60,369 nt of DNA from Sunxiuqinia sp. (GCA_003246935.1 QKCF01000393.1:1-60369); one strand, 5' to 3'; counted from the first letter of the stretch, positions 18,827 through 29,486 are shown. A program made the numbers and translations. Notes: generated from the letters alone by a model not told the origin.

Positions 18827-19330
18827 GTGGATAAAATTACATATTATACACCAGCCCAACTGAAAGAGATGACTGCCAACAACAGGCAGGAATTCGCACT
18901 ATTATTTCAAAAACTAAAAAAGAAAAAGCCGAAAAACCTGGATACTGTCGTACACCAACTCCATCTGGAAGCTTTTGACGATTTCGACTGCCTGGATTGT
19001 GCGAACTGCTGCTCCAGTATCAGTCCGATTATTATTGACAAAGACGCCGAACGACTGGCCAAAAGCCAAAAGATGAAGCCTGCTGATTTCATAGCAAGCT
19101 ACCTGTACAAAGATGAAGACCACGACTACGTTTTTCAGCAAACGCCCTGCCCTTTCCTGATGGCTGACAACTATTGCTGTGTCTACGAAAACAGGCCTCG
19201 CGCCTGCCGTGAGTATCCGCACACCGACCGAAGCCGCTTTTACCAGATATTAAACCTTACACAAAAAAACTGTGAAATTTGCCCGGTTGTTTTTGCCATT
19301 GTAAAAGAACTTACCAAACAGGAATGGTAG
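18827..19330 (+). CDS. YkgJ/CxxCxxCC family Zn/Fe-chelating protein
   Basis: CLDCANCC, CPFL, C-x-VYENRPRACREYP. Confidence 0.88.
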   Translation: MDKITYYTPAQLKEMTANNRQEFALLFQKLKKKKPKNLDTVVHQLHLEAFDDFDCLDCANCCSSISPIIIDKDAERLAKSQKMKPADFIASYLYKDEDHDYVFQQTPCPFLMADNYCCVYENRPRACREYPHTDRSRFYQILNLTQKNCEICPVVFAIVKELTKQEW

Positions 19331-19422
19331 CAATATTTGGGTTAAATAGCCGTTGACAAATGGATAACCGTAACCAAAAGAATTAAAACCTCTAATTTGT
19401 AGCTCAACTGACAGTATCCCGG

Positions 19423-20415
19423 ATGAAATTCAGAAAACTGCTTATACTATTTCTTCTAACAGCAAACCTGCCTGTCTTTGCGCAAATCGGTGGCGAATCA
19501 ACCTTCGAATTTTTAAACCTGACGAACTCGGCAAGAATGGCGGCATTAGGCGGAAACCAAATCGCGTTAGGCGATCCATCTGATTTAAATACCACATACA
19601 ACAACCCCGCTCTGCTGACGGAAGAAATGACAGGGTCTTTACTGGCAGATTACGTGAAATATATGGCAGGGGTAAATTACGGTTACGCCGCTTATGCTTT
19701 CGAGACTGAAAAACTGGGACCGATAAGCTTTGGGGTTCATTACATCAACTATGGCAAATTCACCAAAGCAAATGCAGAGGGCGAAAAAGAAGGCACATTC
19801 ACTGCCGCCGAATATGCATTAATGGCAAGCTGGGCCAAACAAGTAAACCAGTTCAAAGTGGGAATAACGGTAAAACCGATATTATCATCGCTTGAGTCCT
19901 ATCAATCATTTGGCATCGCTTTCGATCTGGGTACAGCCTACACCAGCGATAACGAACTAACAACGCTGGGGTTCGTCATTCGTAATATAGGAACACAGAT
20001 TACCACATATTATGAAGGGGCCGACCACGAAAGGTTGCCGCTCGACATTCAGTTGGGCATTGGACAAAAGCTGGCTCATGCACCATTACGACTGCTGGCA
20101 ACCATGCAACATTTGCAGCGCTGGAAATTAATCGCGGACGACGAAACGGAGTCGAACGGCGGCTTTGGAAAAGATTTCATGCGCCATTTGGTACTGGGTA
20201 CAGAGCTGTTACCCTCGGAAAACTTCCACATCAGGGCTGGCTACAATTTTCAACGCCGGGAAGAATTACTTTACAACGACAAAAAATCGACAGTTGGATT
20301 CTCGTGGGGATTTGGGTTTCGAATCAAGCGATTCCGCTTCGACTATGGATCGGCTCGTTATCATCTTGCCTCGTCCAGTAACCACTTCTCAATCGCCTTC
20401 AAACTTAATCCATGA
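19423..20415 (+). CDS. porQ: Type IX secretion system protein PorQ
   Basis: F-x-FL-x-L-x-x-SAR-x-AALGG, NPALL, RAGYNFQRR-x-EL; usual position upstream of cmk. Confidence 0.85.
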   Translation: MKFRKLLILFLLTANLPVFAQIGGESTFEFLNLTNSARMAALGGNQIALGDPSDLNTTYNNPALLTEEMTGSLLADYVKYMAGVNYGYAAYAFETEKLGPISFGVHYINYGKFTKANAEGEKEGTFTAAEYALMASWAKQVNQFKVGITVKPILSSLESYQSFGIAFDLGTAYTSDNELTTLGFVIRNIGTQITTYYEGADHERLPLDIQLGIGQKLAHAPLRLLATMQHLQRWKLIADDETESNGGFGKDFMRHLVLGTELLPSENFHIRAGYNFQRREELLYNDKKSTVGFSWGFGFRIKRFRFDYGSARYHLASSSNHFSIAFKLNP

Positions 20416-20508
20416 AAACAAATCTCATCTCCCCAATGAAAAAACCGCAACTGCTTTTGTGAATAAATTCAAATCCGATCATCCATTCAAAAAAACTATC
20501 TTTGCGCC

Positions 20509-21213
20509 ATGAAAACTGCGGAATTTCCCCAAATCATTATTGCCATCGACGGACATTCGTCATGCGGAAAAAGTACAGTAGCCAAAGAAATTGCAAAAAA
20601 ACTGGGCTACATCTATATCGACAGCGGTGCAATGTATCGCGCTGTAACTTTATTTGCGCTACGTAATGGGATTGCTGACAACGAGCAAGTTGACGTGCCT
20701 GAATTAATCAAACGTCTGCCTGAGATCAAAATCGAGTTCCGCTTTAACCCGGAAAACCTGCGCAGCGATACCATCTTAAACGGGGAGAATGTTGAAGAAG
20801 AAATCCGTCAATTACCGGTTTCTCAACATGTGAGTCCTGTTGCTACCATTCGTGAAGTTCGCGAAGCCATGGTGGCACTTCAGCAGGAAATGGGCAAAAA
20901 CAAAGGCATTGTAATGGATGGCCGCGATATTGGAACCGTTGTATTCCCTGATGCTGAGCTTAAAATATTTATGACGGCCCGCCCCGAAGTTAGGGCACAA
21001 CGCCGCTACGACGAACTGACAGCGAAGGGACAACAGGTTGAATTCGACGACATTCTGGCGAACGTGATTGAACGCGACCGGATTGATTCGAGCCGGGAAG
21101 TTAGCCCACTAAAACAAGCTGACGATGCTGTAATTCTGGACAATAGCGATATCACCCGCGAGCAACAGCTGGACTGGGTTCTGCAAAAAGTAGCACAATT
21201 AATCAGCGCATAA
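20509..21213 (+). CDS. cmk: Cytidylate kinase
   Basis: [32 protein letters not shown]. Confidence 0.96.
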   Translation: MKTAEFPQIIIAIDGHSSCGKSTVAKEIAKKLGYIYIDSGAMYRAVTLFALRNGIADNEQVDVPELIKRLPEIKIEFRFNPENLRSDTILNGENVEEEIRQLPVSQHVSPVATIREVREAMVALQQEMGKNKGIVMDGRDIGTVVFPDAELKIFMTARPEVRAQRRYDELTAKGQQVEFDDILANVIERDRIDSSREVSPLKQADDAVILDNSDITREQQLDWVLQKVAQLISA

Positions 21214-21260
21214 CAGCTTTCCCATTCTCTATCAAGTTAAAAATGCATCCGAGAGTTGAA

Positions 21261-22112
21261 ATGAAGGTAGTTATCGACGATAAATCAGGTTTTTGTTTCG
21301 GTGTAGTCAATGCCATCCAAAAAGCTGAAAAACTGCTCCACCAAGGCGAGAAAGTATACTGTCTTGGAGATATCGTGCACAACCAGCTCGAAGTTGAGCG
21401 CCTCCAACAACTGGGAATGGAGACAATCGATCATGCAAGATATTTTCAACTTTCCGATTGCAAAGTTTTATTGCGGGCACATGGTGAACCGCCGGCAACC
21501 TATGCTTATGCCGACAAAAATAACATTGAACTCATTGACGGAACATGCCCGGTTGTGTTAAAACTGCAACAGCGCGTAAAGAAAGGATTTGAAGACCTTC
21601 AAGCTGAAAACGGCCAACTTGTTTTGCTTGGGAAGAAAGGACATGCAGAAATTAATGGGCTGAACGGACAAACGGGAAATAAAGCGATCATTATCGAGAG
21701 TGAAGCCGACCTGCAACAAATCGATCCTAATAAGCCGACCTTGGTATTCTCACAAACAACAAAATCGTTGGACGATTTTCACCGACTGTCAACTGAAATT
21801 AAAAACAGAATTAGTGCGAAAACCGAAATTAAAGATACAATTTGCCGCCAGGTCGCCCATCGAGTGCCTCGCATGAAAGAATTCGCGACACAACATGATG
21901 CCATCATTTTCGTGAGCGGCAAAAAGAGTTCAAACGGAAAATCACTGTTCCATATTTGCCAAAGTGTCAATCCAAACAGCTTCTTTATCTCGAGTAAAGA
22001 AGAACTCAACAAAGAAGCTCTCGACAAATACCAATCCGTCGGAATAACGGGGGCGACTTCAACTCCGCGATGGCAAATGGAAGAAATAGCAAACATTCTG
22101 ACAGAACTTTAA
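21261..22112 (+). CDS. ispH: 4-hydroxy-3-methylbut-2-enyl diphosphate reductase
   Basis: GFCFGV, IVHN, RAHG, TCPVV, DTIC, SSN, GATSTP; start placed at second Met (track start 21243). Confidence 0.95.
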   Translation: MKVVIDDKSGFCFGVVNAIQKAEKLLHQGEKVYCLGDIVHNQLEVERLQQLGMETIDHARYFQLSDCKVLLRAHGEPPATYAYADKNNIELIDGTCPVVLKLQQRVKKGFEDLQAENGQLVLLGKKGHAEINGLNGQTGNKAIIIESEADLQQIDPNKPTLVFSQTTKSLDDFHRLSTEIKNRISAKTEIKDTICRQVAHRVPRMKEFATQHDAIIFVSGKKSSNGKSLFHICQSVNPNSFFISSKEELNKEALDKYQSVGITGATSTPRWQMEEIANILTEL

Positions 22113-22215
22113 CACAACATTAAGCTTATTCGTTTTTTACGAATTACTGCTAAACAGCTTGAATTTTCCCACTTACTTTGCTGACTCGAAAAAACTATTG
22201 TAGAGCATGTTTTAG

Positions 22216-22257
22216 CGCAAAATTTTGCGGAAGTATTACTTTTGCGCAATCGATTGC
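22216..22257 (+). promoter_or_regulatory. pfkA promoter with LacI-type operator
   Basis: -7 element TACTTTTG (22237-22244), perfect palindrome GCAATCGATTGC (22246-22257), second palindrome CGCAAAATTTTGCG (22216-22229). Confidence 0.65.
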
Positions 22258-22381
22258 TCAAATTGAATTTTGTTTCAATTGTAGAGCTTTAATTGGCTGA
22301 CCCAGGAAATGACTAACGACCTGGATTTATGAAGAAGACGCGGGAATGAAATGAGGAAACCAAGAGTAAAAGCTGTATTAT

Positions 22382-23371
22382 ATGAAACGCAAAAAGCTTG
22401 AAAAAATAGGCGTTCTCACCTCCGGTGGTGACGCTCCCGGCATGAATGCCGCTATCCGCGCAGTAACCCGTGCGGCAATCGCAAAGAAATTAAAAGTCGT
22501 TGGTATCCGCCATGGGTACCAGGGCATGATCGACGGAGACTTTGTTCCGATGCGTGCTCGCGACGTTAGTGGAATCCTCCACAGAGGAGGTACGGTGCTA
22601 AAAACAGCACGTAGCGCAGAGTTCAGAACAGAGGCTGGTCGCGAGAAAGCCTACCAAAATCTGAAAAAAGAAGGTATCGACGCGTGTGTTGTAATTGGAG
22701 GAGACGGATCGTTTACCGGAGCCTTAGTTTTCTCGCAGGATTACGACATCCCTTTTGTTGGAATCCCGGGAACCATTGACAACGACATGTACGGAACTGA
22801 CTACACCATTGGCTACGATACAGCCTTGAATACCGTAGTTGAAGCAGTAGACAAAATTCGCCACACTGCTGCATCGCACGACCGCATCTTCTTCATTGAA
22901 GTAATGGGACGCGAAGCCGGCTTGTTGGCCCTGAGTTCAGGCATTGCAGTTGGAGCAGAAGCAATCCTGATTCCGGAAGCGAAAACGTTGGAAAAAGAAT
23001 TGGACCAGTTCTTGAAAAAAGGTTATAAAGAAAAAGACCGAAGCGGAATTGTTATTGTTGCTGAAGGTGGCGAAACAGGCCGCGTAATTAAAATAGCGAA
23101 AGCAGTGGAGGAAAGTTATCCAAACCTGGATGTCCGTGTTTCCATTTTAGGACACATTCAGCGCGGCGGAAAACCTTCAGCACGCGACCGCATTGCTGCA
23201 ACAAAAATGGGTGTTGCAGCTGTTGAAGCTCTGCTTGACGACCAAAAAAGCATCATGATTGCATTGGTTAAAAACTTCGTAGTCGATCACGTGCCGTTTA
23301 ACAAAGCTGTTAAGCTTAACCACAGCATCGACGAAGACCTGATTCACATTCAGAGTCTGATCAACATCTAG
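22382..23371 (+). CDS. pfkA: ATP-dependent 6-phosphofructokinase
   Basis: TSGGDAPGMNA, IGGDGS, PGTIDND, EVMGR, LGHIQRGG. Confidence 0.96.
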   Translation: MKRKKLEKIGVLTSGGDAPGMNAAIRAVTRAAIAKKLKVVGIRHGYQGMIDGDFVPMRARDVSGILHRGGTVLKTARSAEFRTEAGREKAYQNLKKEGIDACVVIGGDGSFTGALVFSQDYDIPFVGIPGTIDNDMYGTDYTIGYDTALNTVVEAVDKIRHTAASHDRIFFIEVMGREAGLLALSSGIAVGAEAILIPEAKTLEKELDQFLKKGYKEKDRSGIVIVAEGGETGRVIKIAKAVEESYPNLDVRVSILGHIQRGGKPSARDRIAATKMGVAAVEALLDDQKSIMIALVKNFVVDHVPFNKAVKLNHSIDEDLIHIQSLINI

Positions 23372-23409
23372 TCTACACGACAAGCATCAGCGCAAAATAA
23401 AAAGAAAAG

Positions 23410-23438
23410 TTGGGGCAGACCGAACCGGCCTGCCCCAA
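23410..23438. terminator. Terminator hairpin between convergent genes
   Basis: TTGGGGCAG / CTGCCCCAA stem, A-rich left flank. Confidence 0.7.
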
Positions 23439-23482
23439 ATATTTTATCGAGAATTTTGAGCATTTCACCCAAGGTGTCTCAA

Positions 23483-24058
23483 TTAATCATCAGAACCATA
23501 CTTTTTCACCTGCTTTTCCAGCTCATCTGCTTTCGCTTTCGCTTGGCTTATCCTTTCAGTACGTTTCTGATACTCTTCGTCAGTAATTTTCTTTGATTTT
23601 TTGGCATCTTCCAAATTTTTCTCTGCTTCCTCAATCTTTCCCCGAGCGTCAGTAACTTTATTAGAACCGTTAGTTAGGGTTCCGTCCAATTCGCTCTGCT
23701 TAGCCTTGTATTGCGATTTCGCTTCTTCCGAACGTAAATGACCAAAAGCAGCACCTTCCTCTGCTTTGTTTTTCCCATAAGCATTTCCCTGGCTAACTTT
23801 TTCCTTTACGTCAGACTCAGCTTCGCTCTTGCTCTTGGTAGCTCCTTCACTCGCCTTGGCTTTTTCTTTTTCGGCTTTCTCCTCTGTTTTCTCCACAGTT
23901 TCCTTTGCCTCTTTCTGCTTCTTCTCTATTTTTTGTTCCTGTTTTTCAACTTTAGCTTTTCCTTCATTCATTTTCTTTTGAGCCTGATCAACCTGACCAA
24001 AAGAAGAACCGGCTATTAATAAGCCTACCACCACCAATTGTATTTTAAATCTTTTCAT
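23483..24058 (-). CDS. Secreted Lys/Glu-rich coiled-coil protein of unknown function
   Basis: Signal peptide I (SSFG-Q), highly charged helical sequence, central GNAYGKNK. Confidence 0.7.
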   Translation of the reverse strand: MKRFKIQLVVVGLLIAGSSFGQVDQAQKKMNEGKAKVEKQEQKIEKKQKEAKETVEKTEEKAEKEKAKASEGATKSKSEAESDVKEKVSQGNAYGKNKAEEGAAFGHLRSEEAKSQYKAKQSELDGTLTNGSNKVTDARGKIEEAEKNLEDAKKSKKITDEEYQKRTERISQAKAKADELEKQVKKYGSDD

Positions 24059-24077
24059 TGGGTCCCTGCTTTTAATT

Positions 24078-24305
24078 TTATTTACTAATGTCTTCCATCA
24101 AATCATCCAACTCTTTGGACGTTTGATCAATCTTCGCTTTTGCAGAATCAACTGCTTGCGAAAGGGAATCAAGGACTTGCAACTCCGAGGCTTTAACTTC
24201 AGTAGAAACATTTTCTGTTGTACTTTCCTTTTTTGTTGATGTACTACAAGCAAGCCCTAAGACTAACCAAAATAGGACCAACCACTTTGTCTGTTGAATT
24301 TTCAT
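24078..24305 (-). CDS. Small lipoprotein of unknown function
   Basis: Lipobox LGLA-C; C-terminal heptad-like helix; 19 bp from next gene. Confidence 0.7.
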   Translation of the reverse strand: MKIQQTKWLVLFWLVLGLACSTSTKKESTTENVSTEVKASELQVLDSLSQAVDSAKAKIDQTSKELDDLMEDISK

Positions 24306-24447
24306 CGTTTCTTCAATTAAATTTTTAATTATGAACTAAACTTTCCTACTTACCTCATCCGTTTAAACTCAAAAACTAATCCCATCATTCAAATATTGTA
24401 CTTTCCCTCTAAATTAAAGTCGTTTTTTTTGCGAAGTTTGTACCGCC

Positions 24448-26919
24448 ATGACAGAACACCTGTATGCCGACGTCATATTACCCCTACCATTGGGGGATTT
24501 ATTCACCTACCGGATACCACCCGATTTTCAGCCCAACATTAAAGTTGGTGTCCGAGTGGTTGTGCAATTTGGTGCGCGCAAGTTTTTTTCGGCACTAGTT
24601 TACAAGCTTCATTACAACATGCCGGTCGGCTCGTTCGACATTAAAGATATTGATGCCATTTTAGATTCGGAACCGGTCGTTACTCCGGCGCAAATCATTC
24701 TTTGGGAATGGATGATTGATTATTACTGCTGCGCGCTTGGTGAAGTTTACAAAGCAGCACTTCCGTCGGCGCTAAAGCTCGAAAGCCAGACTAAGGTCAG
24801 TTTCAATCCCAATTACCAAATACCTGAAGATTTACCTGGGGAAGAAGAAGCGCTGCTGCTCATGCTGCAAGGACACGGCCAAACCAACATTCAAAGCATC
24901 AATAAGTTTCTGGGAAAGAAATCATCTCTTTCAACCCTAAAACTGTTGCTGGAGAAAAACGCGGTTTTAATTGAGGAAAAAATTGAAGAGAACTATTCGG
25001 CAAAAATGCAGTCCTTCATTTTTCTTCACCCCAACCTGGCAACTGAAGAGGCAATTCGGAGCGCTCTCGATAGTGTGCAAAAAGCCAAGAAACAATTACA
25101 ATTGCTTGAATATTTTCTCGCTGAAACGATTTACCATCCGGAAAAGCGCCCCAACCTGGCAAAAAAGGATTTGCTGGAACAAACAGGCATCTCGGAAAGT
25201 GTATTGCGTACGCTGCTTGATAAGAATTTCTTACACCTGCAGGAAATTGAAGTTGGCCGCCTTGACCTTGATTACAACGAGGAGCAAAAAATATTCGATT
25301 TGAGTGAAGCGCAAAATCAAGCGCTTTCTGAAATTAGGGAAGCTACAGCAACCGGCAAACCAGTGCTCTTCCATGGTGTAACATCAAGTGGAAAAACAGA
25401 AGTTTACATCAAGCTGATTGAGGAGCAGTTGAATCAAGGAAAACAAGTTCTTTACCTGGTTCCTGAAATTGGTTTGACAACCCAGCTGATCAACCGCTTA
25501 AAAAGAGCATTTGGGAATAAAGCCGGCATTTATCACTCTCGCTTTAACGATTCAGAACGCGTTGAGATATGGTTCAACACGCTACACGAACGAGAGAAGT
25601 CTTTCCATATTATTATTGGCGCACGCTCGGCCGCACTGCTACCCTTTCGCAACCTCGGGTTAATCATTGTTGACGAAGAACACGAAAACAGCTACAAGCA
25701 ATTCGACCCATCACCGCGCTACAATGCCCGTGATGTAGCTGTCGTATTGGCTCAGATCCACCGGGCAAAAGTAATTTTAGGCTCAGCAACGCCATCATTC
25801 GAGAGCTATTTCAATGTAAAAACAGGGAAATATGCCATCGTTGAACTAACGCAGCGCTACCAGAATATCAGCCTGCCTGAAATTCAAATCAGCGACATCC
25901 GGTTGGCAACCAAACGCAAGCAAATGAAGTCGTTGCTGACGCTGGATTTATTTGACGCCATTGAAACAGCCTTAAAAAAAGAGGAACAAGTCATCCTTTT
26001 TCAGAACCGGCGGGGCTTTGCCCCCTACCTGCAATGCGGCACCTGCGGCTGGATCCCGAAATGTAAAAACTGCGACGTCAGTCTCACCTATCATAAAAAC
26101 CTTGGCGCACTGGTCTGTCACTATTGCGGACATACGCAGACCATGCCCGGCAATTGCCCCGACTGCCATTCCACAGAAATAAAAACCCGTGGATTTGGAA
26201 CTGAAAAGATTGAAGAAGAACTATCGATTCTGTTTCCGGAAGCCAGAATAGCACGGATGGACATGGACAGTACTCGTGCTAAAAAAGCCTATGAACGACT
26301 GATCTACCAATTCGAAAGCAAACAGATTGATATCTTGGTCGGAACACAAATGGTCACCAAAGGTCTCGACTTCGATCATGTTAGCGTAGTGGGCATCCTC
26401 AATGCCGATCAGTTGCTAAACTACCCGGATTTCCGTTCGTTTGAGCGTTCATACCAGTTGATTGCCCAAGTAAGCGGCCGTGCAGGGCGTAAAAACAAAC
26501 AAGGCAAGGTGATCATCCAAACCACGCAGCCGGAGCATCCGGTACTGCTTGATGTTGTTGCCAACGATTTCACCCGCTTGTTTAATACTCAAATGAACGA
26601 GCGAAAAATGTTCCGGTATCCGCCCTACTTCAGATTGGCAAAGGTTGTGGTGAAACACAAGAACCGCGACCGGCTAAATATGGCGGCTAACCAGCTCGCA
26701 ATAAGGCTACGCAAAAACTTAGGATTTAATATACTTGGCCCCGAATACCCCCTTGTGGGGCGAATCCAAAGCTGGTACCAAAAGGAAATCTGGGTCAAGC
26801 TGGAACGAGACCAAAAACTGGGGCAATCGAAAAAATTAATTGTGGAAGAAATTAAAGCTCTGAAAGCTTTGCCAAACAACGGCGGGCTGGTCGCTTACGC
26901 CGATATTGACCCCATGTAA
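24448..26919 (+). CDS. priA: Primosomal protein N' (replication restart helicase)
   Basis: GVTSSGKTEVY, DEEHE, GSATPS, four CxxC pairs, QVSGRAGR. Confidence 0.96.
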   Translation: MTEHLYADVILPLPLGDLFTYRIPPDFQPNIKVGVRVVVQFGARKFFSALVYKLHYNMPVGSFDIKDIDAILDSEPVVTPAQIILWEWMIDYYCCALGEVYKAALPSALKLESQTKVSFNPNYQIPEDLPGEEEALLLMLQGHGQTNIQSINKFLGKKSSLSTLKLLLEKNAVLIEEKIEENYSAKMQSFIFLHPNLATEEAIRSALDSVQKAKKQLQLLEYFLAETIYHPEKRPNLAKKDLLEQTGISESVLRTLLDKNFLHLQEIEVGRLDLDYNEEQKIFDLSEAQNQALSEIREATATGKPVLFHGVTSSGKTEVYIKLIEEQLNQGKQVLYLVPEIGLTTQLINRLKRAFGNKAGIYHSRFNDSERVEIWFNTLHEREKSFHIIIGARSAALLPFRNLGLIIVDEEHENSYKQFDPSPRYNARDVAVVLAQIHRAKVILGSATPSFESYFNVKTGKYAIVELTQRYQNISLPEIQISDIRLATKRKQMKSLLTLDLFDAIETALKKEEQVILFQNRRGFAPYLQCGTCGWIPKCKNCDVSLTYHKNLGALVCHYCGHTQTMPGNCPDCHSTEIKTRGFGTEKIEEELSILFPEARIARMDMDSTRAKKAYERLIYQFESKQIDILVGTQMVTKGLDFDHVSVVGILNADQLLNYPDFRSFERSYQLIAQVSGRAGRKNKQGKVIIQTTQPEHPVLLDVVANDFTRLFNTQMNERKMFRYPPYFRLAKVVVKHKNRDRLNMAANQLAIRLRKNLGFNILGPEYPLVGRIQSWYQKEIWVKLERDQKLGQSKKLIVEEIKALKALPNNGGLVAYADIDPM

Positions 26920-27133
26920 AGGGTGTTAAAAGTCCTGTTAAATTTTGTAAAACCGGGTATGCGAACCAAAAATTGTTATTTTTGCAAACTCCGAAAAAGC
27001 CAGAAAACATCCGATCCAACATAGTGGAAGTCCGTCCGGCTCTTCCGGAATCACATCGATTAATTTTTCAACTTAAGAAGCATTTTCGCATAAAATATTA
27101 ACTTTGAATCTCTGCAAAACACTGAAAAAACCT

Positions 27134-27934
27134 ATGGGAAAAGTAATAGCTTTAGCAAATCAAAAAGGGGGCGTTGGTAAGACCACAACAGCTATTAATT
27201 TAGCTGCCAGCCTTGCTGTACTGGAAAAAAAAGTCCTGATCATCGACGCTGACCCTCAGGCTAATGCCACTTCCGGAATCGGCTTTGACGTGAAAAATGT
27301 AAAGACAAGTATTTACGAGTGTATCGTTGAAGAAATTGATCCCCGGAAAATAATTTTGAAATCAGAAATTAACGGACTGGATCTGATCCCTTCACATATT
27401 GACTTGGTTGGTGCCGAGATTGAAATGTTGAACCTGCCAAACCGCGAAAAGGTTTTGACAATGGTTATTGATCAAATCCGGGAAGATTACGATTTCATTT
27501 TAATTGACTGTTCTCCGTCACTTGGTTTAATTACCGTAAATGCATTGACTGCGGCTGACTCAATCATCATCCCTGTTCAATGCGAATATTTTGCACTTGA
27601 AGGATTAGGAAAACTTCTGAATACGATTAAGATTATCCAAACCAGATTGAACCCGGATTTGGAAATTGAAGGATTCCTGCTAACTATGTACGACTCTCGT
27701 CTAAACCTGGCTAACCAGGTATTGGAAGAAGTCCGGACCCACTTTGGTGATATGGTTTTTGAAACATTGATCAACCGTAACATCAAACTAAGCGAGGCCC
27801 CAAGTTTTGGTATTCCTGCCGTATTGTACGATGCCAGCTCAAAAGGAGCTGTCAGCTATATGGATTTGGCCCGCGAGATTCTGCAAAAAAATGATCTGAC
27901 CAAGATCAAAAATTCTGAGAAAGTAATTGAATAA
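27134..27934 (+). CDS. parA: Chromosome partitioning ATPase ParA/Soj
   Basis: NQKGGVGKTT, DADPQAN, DCSPSLG, QCEYFALEG; start at MGKVIA (track start 27104). Confidence 0.95.
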   Translation: MGKVIALANQKGGVGKTTTAINLAASLAVLEKKVLIIDADPQANATSGIGFDVKNVKTSIYECIVEEIDPRKIILKSEINGLDLIPSHIDLVGAEIEMLNLPNREKVLTMVIDQIREDYDFILIDCSPSLGLITVNALTAADSIIIPVQCEYFALEGLGKLLNTIKIIQTRLNPDLEIEGFLLTMYDSRLNLANQVLEEVRTHFGDMVFETLINRNIKLSEAPSFGIPAVLYDASSKGAVSYMDLAREILQKNDLTKIKNSEKVIE

Positions 27935-27950
27935 TAGAGCTGAATAAAAT

Positions 27951-28838
27951 ATGGCTAAAAGAACTGGATTAGGTAGAGGTTTAGGCGCTTTAATAGACGA
28001 TGCCGACAAACATAGAGAAGTTCCGTCATCGTCATCAATCAACGAAATACCGGTTGAGAACATTGAGGCTAACCCTTTTCAGCCCCGAACAAATTTTGAT
28101 GAATCGGCATTACAAGAGTTGGCCGCTTCCATTAAGGAACTTGGTATTATCCAGCCGATAACACTACGTAAAGTTAACGACCACAAATATCAGATCATTG
28201 CTGGCGAACGCCGTTTCAGAGCGTCGAAGATTGCAGGATTGGAAACTGTCCCGGCCTATGTTCGTTCTGCCGAAGACGATGGCATGCTGGAAATGGCTTT
28301 GGTTGAAAACATTCAACGTGAAGACTTGGATGCGATTGAAGTTGCACTTTCATACCAACGTCTAATCGAAGAATGCAAATTAACTCAGGAAGTCTTAAGT
28401 GATCGCGTGGGTAAAAAACGTTCGACGATCTCAAACTACCTGCGTTTGTTAAAACTTCCAACGTTAATTCAAAAAGGCATTATCGACAAAACCATCAGCA
28501 TGGGACATGCCCGCGCCTTGGTAAATATCGCTAATCCGGAAGATCAACTTTCGATTTACGAACTGATTTTGGATGAAGATCTGTCGGTTCGTAAAGTAGA
28601 GGAGATCGTGCGCAACCTTGGAAACGGAGAAATTGCCAAGGAACAACCGGAAGAAAAAGCACCGAAAGAAAAATACCCTCAGGAATACGAAGAACTAAAA
28701 ACACACCTGAGTTCTTTTTTCAGTAGCAAAGTTGATTTCGCAATGAATAATAAAGGGAAAGGTAAAATCGTTATCCCTTTTGGTTCACCTAAAGATTTAG
28801 AACGGATTATGGGTATTCTGGACAAATTGGGCCGCTAA
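27951..28838 (+). CDS. parB: Chromosome partitioning protein ParB/Spo0J
   Basis: LGRGLGALI, NPFQPR, AGERRFRA, ENIQRED, HTH. Confidence 0.96.
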   Translation: MAKRTGLGRGLGALIDDADKHREVPSSSSINEIPVENIEANPFQPRTNFDESALQELAASIKELGIIQPITLRKVNDHKYQIIAGERRFRASKIAGLETVPAYVRSAEDDGMLEMALVENIQREDLDAIEVALSYQRLIEECKLTQEVLSDRVGKKRSTISNYLRLLKLPTLIQKGIIDKTISMGHARALVNIANPEDQLSIYELILDEDLSVRKVEEIVRNLGNGEIAKEQPEEKAPKEKYPQEYEELKTHLSSFFSSKVDFAMNNKGKGKIVIPFGSPKDLERIMGILDKLGR

Positions 28839-28860
28839 ACAATTTCAAAGTAAAATTAAA

Positions 28861-29469
28861 TTGAGGCATTTTAGAATATTCATATTAACAATCCTGCTGG
28901 CATTAACAGGATTTACTTCATTTGCACAAAAAGAATCTCGGGCAAAAACCGACAAGATAGATGTAGAAGAGGTTAAACCTGCCCATTCTCCGCGAAAAGC
29001 CACTATTTATTCGGCTGTACTTCCGGGATTAGGGCAAATTTATAACAAGAAATACTGGAAACTTCCGTTAATATATGGTGGTTTCATTGGGTTTGGATAT
29101 GCAATAAACTGGAACAATGACTATTACGTCTTATACAAACAGGCGTATGCTGACATTATTGATGACGATCCAAATTCAAAGTCATATGAAAATTTGGTTA
29201 TTGAAGGAAATTGGGACTGGGATAATGCCAGCCAGGTTTCGCAGTTTACAACAAGGTTACAAAACGCAAAAAACTCCGCTCGTAGAAATCGGGATTTAAT
29301 GATTATTGCGACGGCTGCGTTTTATGCTTTAAATATCATCGATGCCACTGTTGATGCACATTTTTTCAATTTTGACATCGGGGACGACTTGACGATGATT
29401 TGGACGCCAGGTCCCATGTATTGCCAAGGTAAAGCTTTCCCCGGAGTTCATGTACAATTTAGTTTTTAA
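28861..29469 (+). CDS. DUF5683-like protein
   Basis: HSPRKA-x-x-YSAVLPGLGQIYNKKYWK, IDATVDAH; usual position after parB. Confidence 0.85.
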   Translation: MRHFRIFILTILLALTGFTSFAQKESRAKTDKIDVEEVKPAHSPRKATIYSAVLPGLGQIYNKKYWKLPLIYGGFIGFGYAINWNNDYYVLYKQAYADIIDDDPNSKSYENLVIEGNWDWDNASQVSQFTTRLQNAKNSARRNRDLMIIATAAFYALNIIDATVDAHFFNFDIGDDLTMIWTPGPMYCQGKAFPGVHVQFSF

Positions 29470-29486
29470 CACGGGGAAAGAAAAGA

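Noticed and set aside
27134-28838. Plasmid or prophage partition system
   Set aside because: Soj/Spo0J-type sequences in the usual chromosomal parA-parB-DUF5683 context
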